Below, piece after piece: positions 25,842-34,912 of a stretch of 64,000 nucleotides of DNA. The position numbers were made by a program, and so were the translations under genes. The notes below the pieces were generated by a model, which worked only from the letters and a program-made list of their open reading frames with translations, was not told where the DNA came from and made no database searches. The stretch is taken from NCBI GenBank assembly GCA_951812955.1, contig OX638340.1, forward strand, positions 1,504,001 to 1,568,000, read 5' to 3'. Each line of letters starts with the position of its first letter. The stretch's first letter is position 1. Source of the DNA: an uncultured Gemmatimonadota bacterium. GTDB lineage: Bacteria > JAAXHH01.

Positions 25842-26978
25842 ATGAATACCCGGGATAACCATTTCCACCTGGGCATCGCAGGGGCCTGCGGACGGGGCCG
25901 GAGTTTTCGCGCAGCCTGCGACGCCCTGCCACAGGTCCGCGTCCATGCCGTGTGCGATATCGACACCGGCGCTCTGCCCGCGACGGCCGACCTGCTTGGC
26001 GCTTCGGAGCAGTACACCGATTTCGACGAAATGCTGGAGAAGTCCGACCTCGACGGCGTGATCATCGCCACGCCCATGCCCCTTCACGCACCGCAGGCCA
26101 TCGCCGCGCTCAACCGGGGGCTTCACGTATTCAGCGAGGTACCCGCGGCGGTCTCGGTCGAGGAGTGCCGGGAGATCGTGCGGGCGGCAAAGTCATCCGG
26201 CGGCGTATACATGATGGGTGAAAACTACACCTACATCCGGGAGAACGTCCTGATCAAGGAACTCGTCAAGGCTGGGCATTTCGGGACGCCATACTACGCC
26301 GAGGGAGAATACCTCCACGAACTCAAGGGATACGACGAGCACCGACTCGCGGCCCGGGGACTCCCGCCCAGGCAGGTCTGGCGGCGCCACTGGCAGTCCG
26401 GCATCGACGGCATCACCTATGGGACCCACAGCCTGGGACCCATCCTGCAGTGGTTCGACGACCGCGTGGCGCACGTCACCTGCCACGGAAGCGGCCACCA
26501 CCACGTCGACGCGGAGGGCAGACCCTACGCCCAGGATACCAGTGTCATGCTCTGCAAGATGGCGAAGGGCGGCCTGGCCAAGATCCGGATGGACCTCACC
26601 TCCGACCGTCCCCACGCGCTGACCAATTACCAGCTCCAGGGAACCGACGGTTGCTATGAATCGGCCCGCGGTCCGGGCCAGGATTTCAGGATCTGGCTCC
26701 GGTCCCGATGCATGGGCGAAAACACGTGGATGGACCTCCACGAACTGGAGGAGGAATTCCTGCCCGGGGAGATGAAGGCCGCGGCCGCGCAGGGCGCCGG
26801 ACACGGTGGGAGCGACTACCACGAACTCGTGGAGTTCATCGATGCCGCGGAAGGACGCCGCAAACCGTCCATCGGCCTGCACGAGGCCATGGACATGACC
26901 CTGCCCGGCCTCGTCAGCCAGCAGTCCATCGCCGGGAACGGCCGATCCGTGCCCGTCCCGGATTCGCGGGCGTGGTAG
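25842..26978 (+). CDS. Gfo/Idh/MocA family oxidoreductase
   Basis: The N-terminal NAD-binding region is HLGIAGACGRGRSFRAACDAL…VHAVCDID. The length is 378 aa and the C-terminal domain is typical. Confidence 0.8.
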   Translation: MNTRDNHFHLGIAGACGRGRSFRAACDALPQVRVHAVCDIDTGALPATADLLGASEQYTDFDEMLEKSDLDGVIIATPMPLHAPQAIAALNRGLHVFSEVPAAVSVEECREIVRAAKSSGGVYMMGENYTYIRENVLIKELVKAGHFGTPYYAEGEYLHELKGYDEHRLAARGLPPRQVWRRHWQSGIDGITYGTHSLGPILQWFDDRVAHVTCHGSGHHHVDAEGRPYAQDTSVMLCKMAKGGLAKIRMDLTSDRPHALTNYQLQGTDGCYESARGPGQDFRIWLRSRCMGENTWMDLHELEEEFLPGEMKAAAAQGAGHGGSDYHELVEFIDAAEGRRKPSIGLHEAMDMTLPGLVSQQSIAGNGRSVPVPDSRAW

Positions 26979-27148
26979 GATTTAGAGACCTGTATGCGGA
27001 TTCCGGATTGCCGCGAAGCACTACACGCACTGAATCGTCCGATCCATACCGATCCAAAGTTCAGATTAGCCTGTACGCGACCGACTCGCCCGGCTATACT
27101 TTGGCTACACCTTAACCAGCTAACATCCCATCTATGAGGAGCGCGCCC

Positions 27149-28237
27149 ATGGCCCGCCCCGGCAGCCCGATCGAAGACATCGACACTCCGGCCCTGGTGA
27201 TCGACCTGGACCTGATGGAAGGCAATATCGCCCGCATGGCGAAGTTCTTCGCCGACCAGGGCGCCTGGCTGCGGCCCCACACGAAGACCCACAAGACGCC
27301 GGTCCTGGCCCACAAACAGATCGAGGCCGGCGCCCGGGGAGTCACCTGCGCCAAGCTGGGCGAGGCCGAGGTCATGGCCGCGGCCGGCATTCGGGACATC
27401 CTCGTGGCCAACCAGGTCGTGGGACGGGTGAAGATCGAACGTCTGGTCGCACTGGCGCGACATTCGGATATCATTGTGGCCTCGGACCATGAAGAAAACG
27501 TCCGGGAGATTTCCGACGCGGCCGTGGCCGCAGGCACCCGGGTTAACATGATCATCGAGGTCGACGTGGGCATGGAGCGCTGCGGCGTGCCGCCCGGCGA
27601 ACCCGCGTGGAAGCTCGCCCAGGCGATCGACAGTCATCCCGGCGTCATATTCCGCGGTGTGATGGGTTACGAAGGCCACATCATCGGCAACCCGAACGAC
27701 GAGGAACGGTACGCCGGTTGCCGGGAGTCCATGACCCTGCTGACCCAGACGGCCGACTATATCCGCGAACGGGGCCTGGCCGTGGACCTGGTCAGTGGAG
27801 GAGGCACGGGGACGTACAAGGTCACCGGTACATTCCCGGGGGTGAACGAGGTACAGGCGGGATCCTACATCCTCATGGACGGAACCTACCGGAAACGCAT
27901 CCCCGAGTTCGACTGCGCATTGACCATCTACGCCTCCATTGTCAGCCGGCCCGGCGACGAGCTCGCCGTCGGCGACGCCGGCCTTAAGACCATGACAAAC
28001 GACATGGGACTGCAGACCGTCCAGGGGGTGGAAGGCGCATCCATCCTTCGCCAGTCCGAGGAACACGTCAAGATCGAACTACCCGGAGCGTCCTGCGGCT
28101 TGCGGCCGGGCGACAAGATCCACCTCATTCCGAGCCACTGCTGCACGACCATCAACCTCCACGATCGCTTCTACGGCGTGCGCAACGGAACCGTCGAGTC
28201 CGTTTGGAACATCGCGGCGCGGGGAAAACTGCAATAA
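27149..28237 (+). CDS. Alanine-racemase-fold PLP enzyme of the DSD1 / D-threonine aldolase / D-serine dehydratase-like family
   Basis: The PLP-lysine motif is LRPHTKTHKTPVLA. The family C-terminal domain with conserved Cys/His (HLIPSHCCTTINLHD) is present. The RBS GAGGAG at 27136-27141 favours the ATG at 27149. The track start at 27134 is in the same frame. Confidence 0.8.
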   Translation: MARPGSPIEDIDTPALVIDLDLMEGNIARMAKFFADQGAWLRPHTKTHKTPVLAHKQIEAGARGVTCAKLGEAEVMAAAGIRDILVANQVVGRVKIERLVALARHSDIIVASDHEENVREISDAAVAAGTRVNMIIEVDVGMERCGVPPGEPAWKLAQAIDSHPGVIFRGVMGYEGHIIGNPNDEERYAGCRESMTLLTQTADYIRERGLAVDLVSGGGTGTYKVTGTFPGVNEVQAGSYILMDGTYRKRIPEFDCALTIYASIVSRPGDELAVGDAGLKTMTNDMGLQTVQGVEGASILRQSEEHVKIELPGASCGLRPGDKIHLIPSHCCTTINLHDRFYGVRNGTVESVWNIAARGKLQ

Positions 28238-28305
28238 GGAACACATCCGGTAACTCGCGTCCGACCTCCGCGGCGTGAAGTCGCTAGCCGACACAAGGAG
28301 CACCC

Positions 28306-29406
28306 ATGGACCCCCGATATCTCGTAGCCAACGTCGATGACATACCCAGCCCGTCCATGCTGGTCTACCGCGAACGGCTCAGGGAGAACATAGATCGGAC
28401 CCTGGCGATTGCCGGTGGCCCCAAACGCCTTCGCCCCCACGTGAAGACGCACAAGATGCGGACCGTCATCGAGATGCAGCGCGAGGCCGGGATTTCCAAG
28501 TTCAAGTGCGCCACAGTATTCGAGGCGAAGATGCTGGCTGAAACGGGCGTGGAGGACGTCTTCGTCGCCTACCAGATGGTCGGGCCCAACATCGGACGGC
28601 TGGTCGATCTCACCGGCCGTTTCCCCGGGACGACATTCCGCGCCATGGTGGACGACCGCGGTGCGGCCGAAGCGCTGTCGGCTGCGGCGTCCGGTGCCGG
28701 CGTCACCATCGACGTCCTGTTGGATTTCGACGTAGGCCTGCATCGTACCGGGATCGCGCCGGGTCAGAAGGCGCTTGAACTCTACGCACTGCTGGACCGC
28801 CTGCCTGGCGTCACTCCGGGCGGGATCCACGGCTACGACGGACATAACCACCAGGTAGACATTGAGGAACGCAGGCAGGCCTGCAACGCCGCGCTGGACG
28901 CGGTGCGGTCGTTCCAGGCCCGGCTGGAATCCCGCGGACTGCCCGTGCCCCGGCGCGTCATGGGCGGTTCCATCTCCTTTCCGTGCTATGCGCCCGCCGA
29001 AGACGTGGAGCCCTCGCCCGGCACCTCCGTATTCTGGGACTGGGGGTACGGCCAGCGCTTCCCCGACCTGCCCTTCGAAGCCGCGGCCCTACTCCTCAGC
29101 CGCATCATCAGCATCCCCACCGCGACGCGGGTGACCCTCGACCTGGGCAACAAGGCCATCGCATCGGACCCCGCCGGACAACGCGGCATCGCCTGGAACC
29201 TTCCCGGAGCCAGACCCGGCCAGCACAACGAGGAACACTGGGTCATGGACTGTCCGGACACCTCGGACCTTGCGGTCGGCGACCCAATCTACGTATTCCC
29301 CACCCACGTGTGCCCCTGCGCCGCCCTGCACCGCCAGGTGTATGTGATCGACGGCGACGGCCGCTGCCGCGAACAGTGGTCGGTCGACGCACGCGACCGA
29401 GAATAG
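28306..29406 (+). CDS. Second, divergent paralogue of the DSD1 / D-threonine aldolase-like PLP enzyme family
   Basis: The PLP-lysine motif is LRPHVKTHKMRTVI. The C-terminal motif is YVFPTHVCPCAALH. An RBS AAGGAG lies upstream. The product is 366 aa. Confidence 0.8.
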   Translation: MDPRYLVANVDDIPSPSMLVYRERLRENIDRTLAIAGGPKRLRPHVKTHKMRTVIEMQREAGISKFKCATVFEAKMLAETGVEDVFVAYQMVGPNIGRLVDLTGRFPGTTFRAMVDDRGAAEALSAAASGAGVTIDVLLDFDVGLHRTGIAPGQKALELYALLDRLPGVTPGGIHGYDGHNHQVDIEERRQACNAALDAVRSFQARLESRGLPVPRRVMGGSISFPCYAPAEDVEPSPGTSVFWDWGYGQRFPDLPFEAAALLLSRIISIPTATRVTLDLGNKAIASDPAGQRGIAWNLPGARPGQHNEEHWVMDCPDTSDLAVGDPIYVFPTHVCPCAALHRQVYVIDGDGRCREQWSVDARDRE

Positions 29407-29408
29407 CA
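29361..29408. repeat. Copy 1 of a 48-bp direct repeat (the last 45 nt plus stop of the DSD1 paralogue gene)
   Basis: ccgctgccgcgaacagtggtcggtcgacgcacgcgaccgagaatagca. Confidence 0.8.
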
Positions 29409-29488
29409 CGCACAGCCACGCATTTCACATGCTACTGCCGCCGTTGCGCGCGCAACCGACACACGACGCGAACTGACGAGGATGGCGC

Positions 29489-29536
29489 TCGCTGCCGCGA
29501 ACAGTGGACGGTCGACGCACGCGACCGAGAATAGCA
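29489..29536. repeat. Copy 2 of the 48-bp direct repeat (46/48 identical), 128 bp downstream, in the intergenic region
   Basis: tcgctgccgcgaacagtggacggtcgacgcacgcgaccgagaatagca. This explains the near-identical C-termini of track ORFs 28306..29406 and 28983..29534. Confidence 0.8.
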
Positions 29537-29637
29537 TCTGATACCCCGACACTTCCGTCTAGCCGGCGACCACGTTTTTCCTGCCTTTTCTCCTCCGCGT
29601 TTGTGTGACGATCGTGTTACATTTTTAAACTTTGCTA

Positions 29638-29666
29638 TTGACGAAGTGACGTAAATACATTATCTT
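29638..29666 (+). promoter_or_regulatory. Candidate promoter (TTGACG, 17 nt, TATCTT) upstream of the enoyl-CoA hydratase gene
   Basis: Consensus matching only. It sits in an AT-richer segment at 29600-29700. Confidence 0.25.
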
Positions 29667-29760
29667 AAATCGTTCGTGCTTGACACGAAAACCGGACGAT
29701 GTTCAACAGAAACCTGTCCGGGAAAACGGGTTCTCCAAGGCACGTCGACAGGGCGCTTGC

Positions 29761-30540
29761 ATGACGTTTGAGCAGATCCTCATCAACCGGGACGGCGGGG
29801 TGGTCACGATCACGATCAACCATCCTCCCTTGAACGTACTTAGCGCACAGGTCGGACGGGAACTCGGTGAAGCGCTCGACCGGATCGAATCCGATTCGGC
29901 CGCTTCCGTGGTGATACTCACGGGGAGTGGCGACCGGGCCTTCGCCGCCGGCGCCGACATCCGGGAACTGCATCGGCTGTCGGGTACGGACGCCGAGGAA
30001 ATGACCCATCGCTGGCATCGCCTCTTCCGGCGGATCGAAGGATTCAGGCTGCCGGTCATCGCCGCCGTGAACGGGGTGGCGCTTGGAGGCGGGTGCGAGT
30101 TGGCCATGGCGTGCGACATGCGTTACGCCTCCGAAAAAGCCCGGTTCGGCCAGCCGGAGATCAACCTCGGCCTGATTCCGGGTTGGGGTGGAACGCAGCG
30201 GTTGCCTCGGCTGATCGGCCGGGGACGGGCGCTCGAGTTGATGATGACGGGCGATATGTTCGATGCCGCGGAGGCCGAGCGACTTGGGCTCGTCAATCGT
30301 GTCACGGCACCGGACGCATTGATGGAGACGGTTGGGGAACTGGCCGGTCGTATGGCCGCCAAGGGAAACATTGCCCTCGCATCCATCAAGACCTGCGTCA
30401 ACGAAGGGCTCGACAAGACGCTGGACGAAGCGCTGGCGTTGGAAGCCCGTGAATTCGGAGCGGTGAGCTCCACAGAGGACAAGGCGGAAGGCATCGCGGC
30501 GTTTCTTGAGAAACGTCCCGCGGTATTCCGGGGTCGCTGA
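29761..30540 (+). CDS. Enoyl-CoA hydratase/isomerase (crotonase) family protein
   Basis: Motifs are VVTITINHPPLNVLS, the oxyanion-hole region FAAGADIRE, and GGGCELAMACDMRYAS. A start at 29761 gives a typical 259 aa. Track ORF 29680..30540 over-extends the N-terminus. Confidence 0.85.
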   Translation: MTFEQILINRDGGVVTITINHPPLNVLSAQVGRELGEALDRIESDSAASVVILTGSGDRAFAAGADIRELHRLSGTDAEEMTHRWHRLFRRIEGFRLPVIAAVNGVALGGGCELAMACDMRYASEKARFGQPEINLGLIPGWGGTQRLPRLIGRGRALELMMTGDMFDAAEAERLGLVNRVTAPDALMETVGELAGRMAAKGNIALASIKTCVNEGLDKTLDEALALEAREFGAVSSTEDKAEGIAAFLEKRPAVFRGR

Positions 30541-30617
30541 GTCGAGGCGTGCGTACTCAATAAGCGACCTGGATTTCATCAGAAACCACTGGCACGCGGC
30601 AGGAAGAGAGTGTTCGT

Positions 30618-30938
30618 ATGCAGCAGCTAGGAGCCATCGAAGGCGAATACATCCAGGTAACGGGCGAATTCGAGAAGCGAGAAGCCATCGAATTCTGCGT
30701 ACAGGATCTAAACAGCAAGAACATGGAATTCGGCGTTTGCGAGCAGGACGGGAAGTACTTCGTGGCGCGGGTGATCGTGCCGGACGAAGAGATCGATACC
30801 CATTCAAAGATCGTCACTGTGCGCAGTGACCGGGTGGATATACACGGCAATCCACGTGGCATCATCCGCAAGGGTGTCTACAACTTCGTGGAGTGGTACG
30901 CCGACGGTGAAGTCTCCGGACAGCCCGCCGCAGTCTAA
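30618..30938 (+). CDS. Hypothetical small protein (106 aa)
   Basis: The ORF has an acceptable RBS (GGAAGAGAG). I recognise no family. The call is supported only by ORF length and coding GC. Confidence 0.4.
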   Translation: MQQLGAIEGEYIQVTGEFEKREAIEFCVQDLNSKNMEFGVCEQDGKYFVARVIVPDEEIDTHSKIVTVRSDRVDIHGNPRGIIRKGVYNFVEWYADGEVSGQPAAV

Positions 30939-31111
30939 GATCAGGATCGCCATACCCGGAACATTCGGATTTGCTTTGTCCGATCCCGTTCCGCACGAGT
31001 CCGATCCAGACTGTATCCGGACCGTACCGTTTCAAGCCGATCCGTACCCGAATCGTACCCGTACAGGCTATACTACTAAGAAATATCAAGCTGCGTGCCT
31101 ATTGCTCGTCG

Positions 31112-31150
31112 AAACCATGGAAGCTGACCAGCCTTCCATGGTTTTTTTAT
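31112..31150 (+). terminator. Rho-independent terminator-like hairpin plus T-run
   Basis: aaaccatggaag-ctgaccag-ccttccatggttt is a perfect 9-10-bp stem, followed by ttttttta. Confidence 0.65.
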
Positions 31151-31186
31151 TCAACCTCTTATCCATATGCCCGAAATATCGTAAGC

Positions 31187-33100
31187 ATGGCACTCATTTC
31201 ACTTCATAAAGTTGCGAAATACTACGGCGCCCTGTGTGTCCTTAAGGACATCAGCTGGGGCATCGACTCCGGTCATCACGTGGGCCTTATCGGGTCCAAC
31301 GGAACCGGGAAGACGACCATGCTGCAGCTGATTACGGGCGACCTGTCCCCCGACGAAGGCGAGATTTCCCGACGGCGAGGTATCAACATCGGCTACCTGA
31401 CCCAGGACGCACACCTGACCTCTACCAATTCCGTCCTGGACGAGGCACTGAGCAGCTTCGAGCGCATCCTCGAACTGGAGCGGCAGCTTCGCGAGGCCGA
31501 AACAGCGCTGGAGAAAGCGAAGGGCGACGCGGAGGAAACAGAGCGCCGGCTGGGACTGTATGGGCGGCTGACGGAAGAGTTCGAGCGGGCAGGCGGTTAC
31601 ACCTACCATCACCGCGCGAGGACCGTGCTCCACGGTCTGGGATTCAAGGAGGAGGACCTGCCTTTGCCGGTCAACGTACTGAGCGGGGGCCAGAAGACGC
31701 GCCTGCGGCTGGGAAAGCTGCTTCTGGGAGACGCGGACCTGTTGCTGCTGGACGAGCCGGAAAGCCATCTGGACGTGGCCGCGACCGAATGGCTGGAAGA
31801 ATACATCTCGGACCATCCCTCGGCGATCCTGGTCGTGTCACACGACCGCTACTTCCTCGACCGGACCGTGAACAGCATCGCAGAGCTCGAAGACCTGGGT
31901 CTGAAGAACTACCCCGGCAACTACACCCGGGCCATGGCGGTCAAGTCCGAGCGGCTCAAGGCGCAGCAACGGAGTTACGATCAGCAGCAGGCCTTCATCA
32001 AGGAACGTGAGGAGTTCATCCGCCGGACCATCGAGGGCGTCAAGACCAAGCAGGCCCAGGGCCGTCGCAGCCATCTGGCGCGCCTGGAACGCATCGAAAA
32101 ACCGCGAACCCGGCACCGCACCGCTTCCCTTGACTTCGGAGCGATGAAGCGAAGCGGGAGGGACGTGCTCCACCTGGACGGGGTGTCCAAGAGCTACGGC
32201 ATGCGGACTTTGTTCGCGGAACTGCATTTCACCCAGCACCTCGGCGACCGCGTAGGACTGATCGGGTATAACGGGGTCGGAAAGACGACGCTGCTCCGGA
32301 TGATCGTCGGCCAGGAAACGCCTTCTTCGGGGACCATCCATCTGGGTACGGGCGTGGACATCGGCTACTACGACCAGGAACGGGCCAGCCTCACCGGCGA
32401 GCGGTCCGTACTGAACGAACTCTGGTCCGCCAAGCCCTCCATGAACGAGGGCACGGTAAGAAACCTCCTCGGGAGGTTCCTGTTCAGCGGCGACGACGTC
32501 TTCAAGCAGGTCGAGATGCTGAGTGGGGGCGAGCAGGGACGATTGGCGCTGGCCAAGCTGATCCTCGGGGAACCGAATTTCCTGGTACTCGACGAGCCGA
32601 CCAATCACCTCGACATCCTCTCCAGGCAGGCCCTCGAACAGGCCCTGGCCGACTATCCCGGCACGCTCCTGGTGGCGTCCCACGACAGGTACTTCCTCGA
32701 CCAGGCGGTGAACGCGCTCCTGGTCTTCGAAGCAGAAGGCGTGAGCCACTGGCAGGGAACCTACTCGGAATACCGTGCCTTCAAGGAGGAGCAGCGACGT
32801 TCCGAGGCAAAGGAGAAGGAGAGGGCGAAGGAGGATAAGCCGCGCCAGAAGACCGGAGCGACATACGATCCCCGTAAGAAAGAACGCAAGGAGCAGCGGA
32901 TGATGGCCGATGCGCTGGAGGCGGCCATTCGGAAGAAAGAAGCGGAGATCGCCCGTCTCGAAGGCGACCTGGGCGAGGAAGGGACTTTCACCGACCACGA
33001 AACGGTCGCCCGGGTCGGCAATGCCTATGTGCGCGCCCGGCGGGAACTGGAGGACCTCTACGTGGAGTGGGAGGTCGTCACCATGGAACTGGAAGAATAA
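31187..33100 (+). CDS. ABC-F family ATP-binding protein (tandem ABC domains, no TMD; Uup/EttA-like translation or antibiotic-resistance factor class) with a K/E-rich C-terminal coiled coil
   Basis: There are two Walker A motifs (GSNGTGKTT and GYNGVGKTT), two signature motifs (LSGGQKTRLRLG and LSGGEQGRLALA) and two Walker B motifs (LLLLDEPE and FLVLDEPTNHLD). The start is MALISLHKVAKYYG at 31187. Track ORF 30971..33100 over-extends the N-terminus. Confidence 0.9.
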   Translation: MALISLHKVAKYYGALCVLKDISWGIDSGHHVGLIGSNGTGKTTMLQLITGDLSPDEGEISRRRGINIGYLTQDAHLTSTNSVLDEALSSFERILELERQLREAETALEKAKGDAEETERRLGLYGRLTEEFERAGGYTYHHRARTVLHGLGFKEEDLPLPVNVLSGGQKTRLRLGKLLLGDADLLLLDEPESHLDVAATEWLEEYISDHPSAILVVSHDRYFLDRTVNSIAELEDLGLKNYPGNYTRAMAVKSERLKAQQRSYDQQQAFIKEREEFIRRTIEGVKTKQAQGRRSHLARLERIEKPRTRHRTASLDFGAMKRSGRDVLHLDGVSKSYGMRTLFAELHFTQHLGDRVGLIGYNGVGKTTLLRMIVGQETPSSGTIHLGTGVDIGYYDQERASLTGERSVLNELWSAKPSMNEGTVRNLLGRFLFSGDDVFKQVEMLSGGEQGRLALAKLILGEPNFLVLDEPTNHLDILSRQALEQALADYPGTLLVASHDRYFLDQAVNALLVFEAEGVSHWQGTYSEYRAFKEEQRRSEAKEKERAKEDKPRQKTGATYDPRKKERKEQRMMADALEAAIRKKEAEIARLEGDLGEEGTFTDHETVARVGNAYVRARRELEDLYVEWEVVTMELEE

Positions 33101-33214
33101 GCGTCTGGGCCTTATGCGCTCGCGTACAGAATAGTTATTCGAAAGAGCGGGAATCAGCGGAATAACAGAAACCGGAAGAGCTGGAAACATTGGAAGAATA
33201 AGATTGGAGGCAAC

Positions 33215-34192
33215 TTGTACGACGCCGTCATTATTGGAGCCGGACCGGCGGGACTCGCCGCGGCCTACGCGGCCAAACAGGCCGGGTTGGACTACGTGGT
33301 CGTGGAACGACAGTGCATCGTCCACACCATCTACCAGTTCCCGACTGGACTGATCTTCTATTCGACCCCGGAACTGATCTCGCTGGGCGACGTGCCCATG
33401 ATCGTCCAGGGGCTCAAACCCACCCGCGAAGAAGCGCTGAATTACTACCTCAAATTCGTCGAGTCCCAGGGGATCCAGGTCAACACATACGAAGAAGTCA
33501 AAAGCATCTCCGGAGAGGACGGCGATTTCGAGATCCGGTCCGTTTCGCAGCGGGAAGGCGACAGGCTATACCGTACACGCAAAGTCATCCTGGCCACCGG
33601 CGCCTTCGACAGCGCCAATCGGATCGGCGTGCCCGGCGAGGAACTGCCCAAGGTCTTCCACTACTTCAAAGAGGGCCATCCCTACTTCGACCGGGACGTC
33701 CTCGTCGTGGGCGGCAAGAGTTCGGCGGTCGAGACCGCCCTGACCCTGTACCGCGCTGGAGCGCGCGTCACAATGTCCTACCGCCGCAGCGGGTTCCGGG
33801 GCATCAAGTACTGGGTTCTGCCCGACCTGGAGAACCGCATTAGTGAAGGTTCCATCACGGCCCACATGAATTCCACGCTGAAGGAGATCAGGCAGGCCGA
33901 GGTGGTCCTGGACTTGGCCGGATCGGAGCGCGTGATCCCGAACGACTTCGTATTCTGCATGACCGGCCACGGTCCCGACGTGCCCTTTCTGAGCGGCACG
34001 GGCGTCGAGATCCAGCCCGACAACAACGTACCGGTGCACGATCCCGACACCTTCGAATCCAACGTCCCCGGTATCTACATAATCGGCGTCATCACGGCCG
34101 GCAACGTGAGCAGCGACATCTTTATCGAGAACAGCCGGTTGCACGGACCCAAGGTCGTCGAGCATATGCTGGCGCAGAGCGGCGTTTCGTAG
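33215..34192 (+). CDS. FAD/NAD(P)-binding oxidoreductase of the YpdA / thioredoxin-reductase-like class (putative bacillithiol-disulfide-reductase-like)
   Basis: The start is a TTG at 33215, with an RBS GGAGG. The FAD motif is MYDAVIIGAGPAGLAAAYAA. The second (NADPH) Rossmann motif is DVLVVGGKSSAVETALTL. The length of 325 aa is characteristic of YpdA-type enzymes. No CxxC redox centre is present, unlike in TrxB. Confidence 0.65.
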   Translation: MYDAVIIGAGPAGLAAAYAAKQAGLDYVVVERQCIVHTIYQFPTGLIFYSTPELISLGDVPMIVQGLKPTREEALNYYLKFVESQGIQVNTYEEVKSISGEDGDFEIRSVSQREGDRLYRTRKVILATGAFDSANRIGVPGEELPKVFHYFKEGHPYFDRDVLVVGGKSSAVETALTLYRAGARVTMSYRRSGFRGIKYWVLPDLENRISEGSITAHMNSTLKEIRQAEVVLDLAGSERVIPNDFVFCMTGHGPDVPFLSGTGVEIQPDNNVPVHDPDTFESNVPGIYIIGVITAGNVSSDIFIENSRLHGPKVVEHMLAQSGVS

Positions 34193-34408
34193 TGCGGTCT
34201 GAGCATTCCGGGACCGATCCAGGGAAAAACGAGATGAGTATACGCCTGTATTTCAATGAGAACTGCCCCGATTGCGGGACGAAGAAAACTGGGATGCAAC
34301 GGTAACGCATGCGAGATTTGAAACGATTGCCTTGCTGTTCGTGGCGACATTAAATAAGGTTGCACAGATAACCCACGGCTATACTCATGTCATTGCAGAG
34401 GTATATCC

Positions 34409-34912
34409 ATGAATGAGAACAAGTCCTCTCCCAATCCCCTCGTCGGTGTGGTCATGGGCAGTAAGTCGGACTGGGACACCATGCAGAACGTCAGGGACGT
34501 GCTCGATCAATTCGACGTGCCCCACGAATGCCGGGTCGTCTCGGCCCACCGCACGCCCCTCTGGCTCGCCGAATACGCGGCCGAAGCCGAGGGTCGGGGA
34601 CTCGAAGTCATCATCGCGGGTGCCGGCGGCGCGGCCCACCTGCCCGGCATGATGGCGGCCCAGACCCTCCTACCCGTCCTCGGCGTGCCCGTGGAAAGCA
34701 AAGCGCTCAAGGGCATGGATTCCCTGCTCTCCATCGTCCAGATGCCTCGCGGCATTCCCGTGGGCACCCTGGCCATCGGCCAGTCCGGCGCAGTCAACGC
34801 GGGCCTGCTCGCCGTGGCCATCCTGGCCAACTCGCGATCGGACCTCAGGGAGAAACTGAGAAAGTTCCGTGAAGACCAGACTGGCAAAGTCTTGGGGGAT
34901 GAGCTTCCGTGA
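34409..34912 (+). CDS. purE: N5-carboxyaminoimidazole ribonucleotide mutase
   Basis: The class I PurE signature is [19 protein letters not shown]…AHRTP…[28 protein letters not shown]. The length is 167 aa. Confidence 0.95.
   Translation: MNENKSSPNPLVGVVMGSKSDWDTMQNVRDVLDQFDVPHECRVVSAHRTPLWLAEYAAEAEGRGLEVIIAGAGGAAHLPGMMAAQTLLPVLGVPVESKALKGMDSLLSIVQMPRGIPVGTLAIGQSGAVNAGLLAVAILANSRSDLREKLRKFREDQTGKVLGDELP

Noticed and set aside
24811-25932. 373-aa minus-strand ORF antisense to the HEAT-repeat half of the MFS fusion gene
   Set aside because: It is a shadow ORF.
26816-28066. 416-aa minus-strand ORF antisense to the first DSD1-family gene
   Set aside because: It is a shadow ORF.
28983-29534. 183-aa plus-strand ORF ending …EDGARCREQWTVDARDRE
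   Set aside because: It is out of frame with the DSD1 paralogue over most of its length. It regains a gene-like C-terminus only because it reads through the duplicated 48-bp copy at 29489-29536. It is recorded as a repeat, not a gene.
31838-33325. 495-aa minus-strand ORF antisense to the ABC-F gene
   Set aside because: It is a shadow ORF. The sense strand has two complete ABC cassettes.
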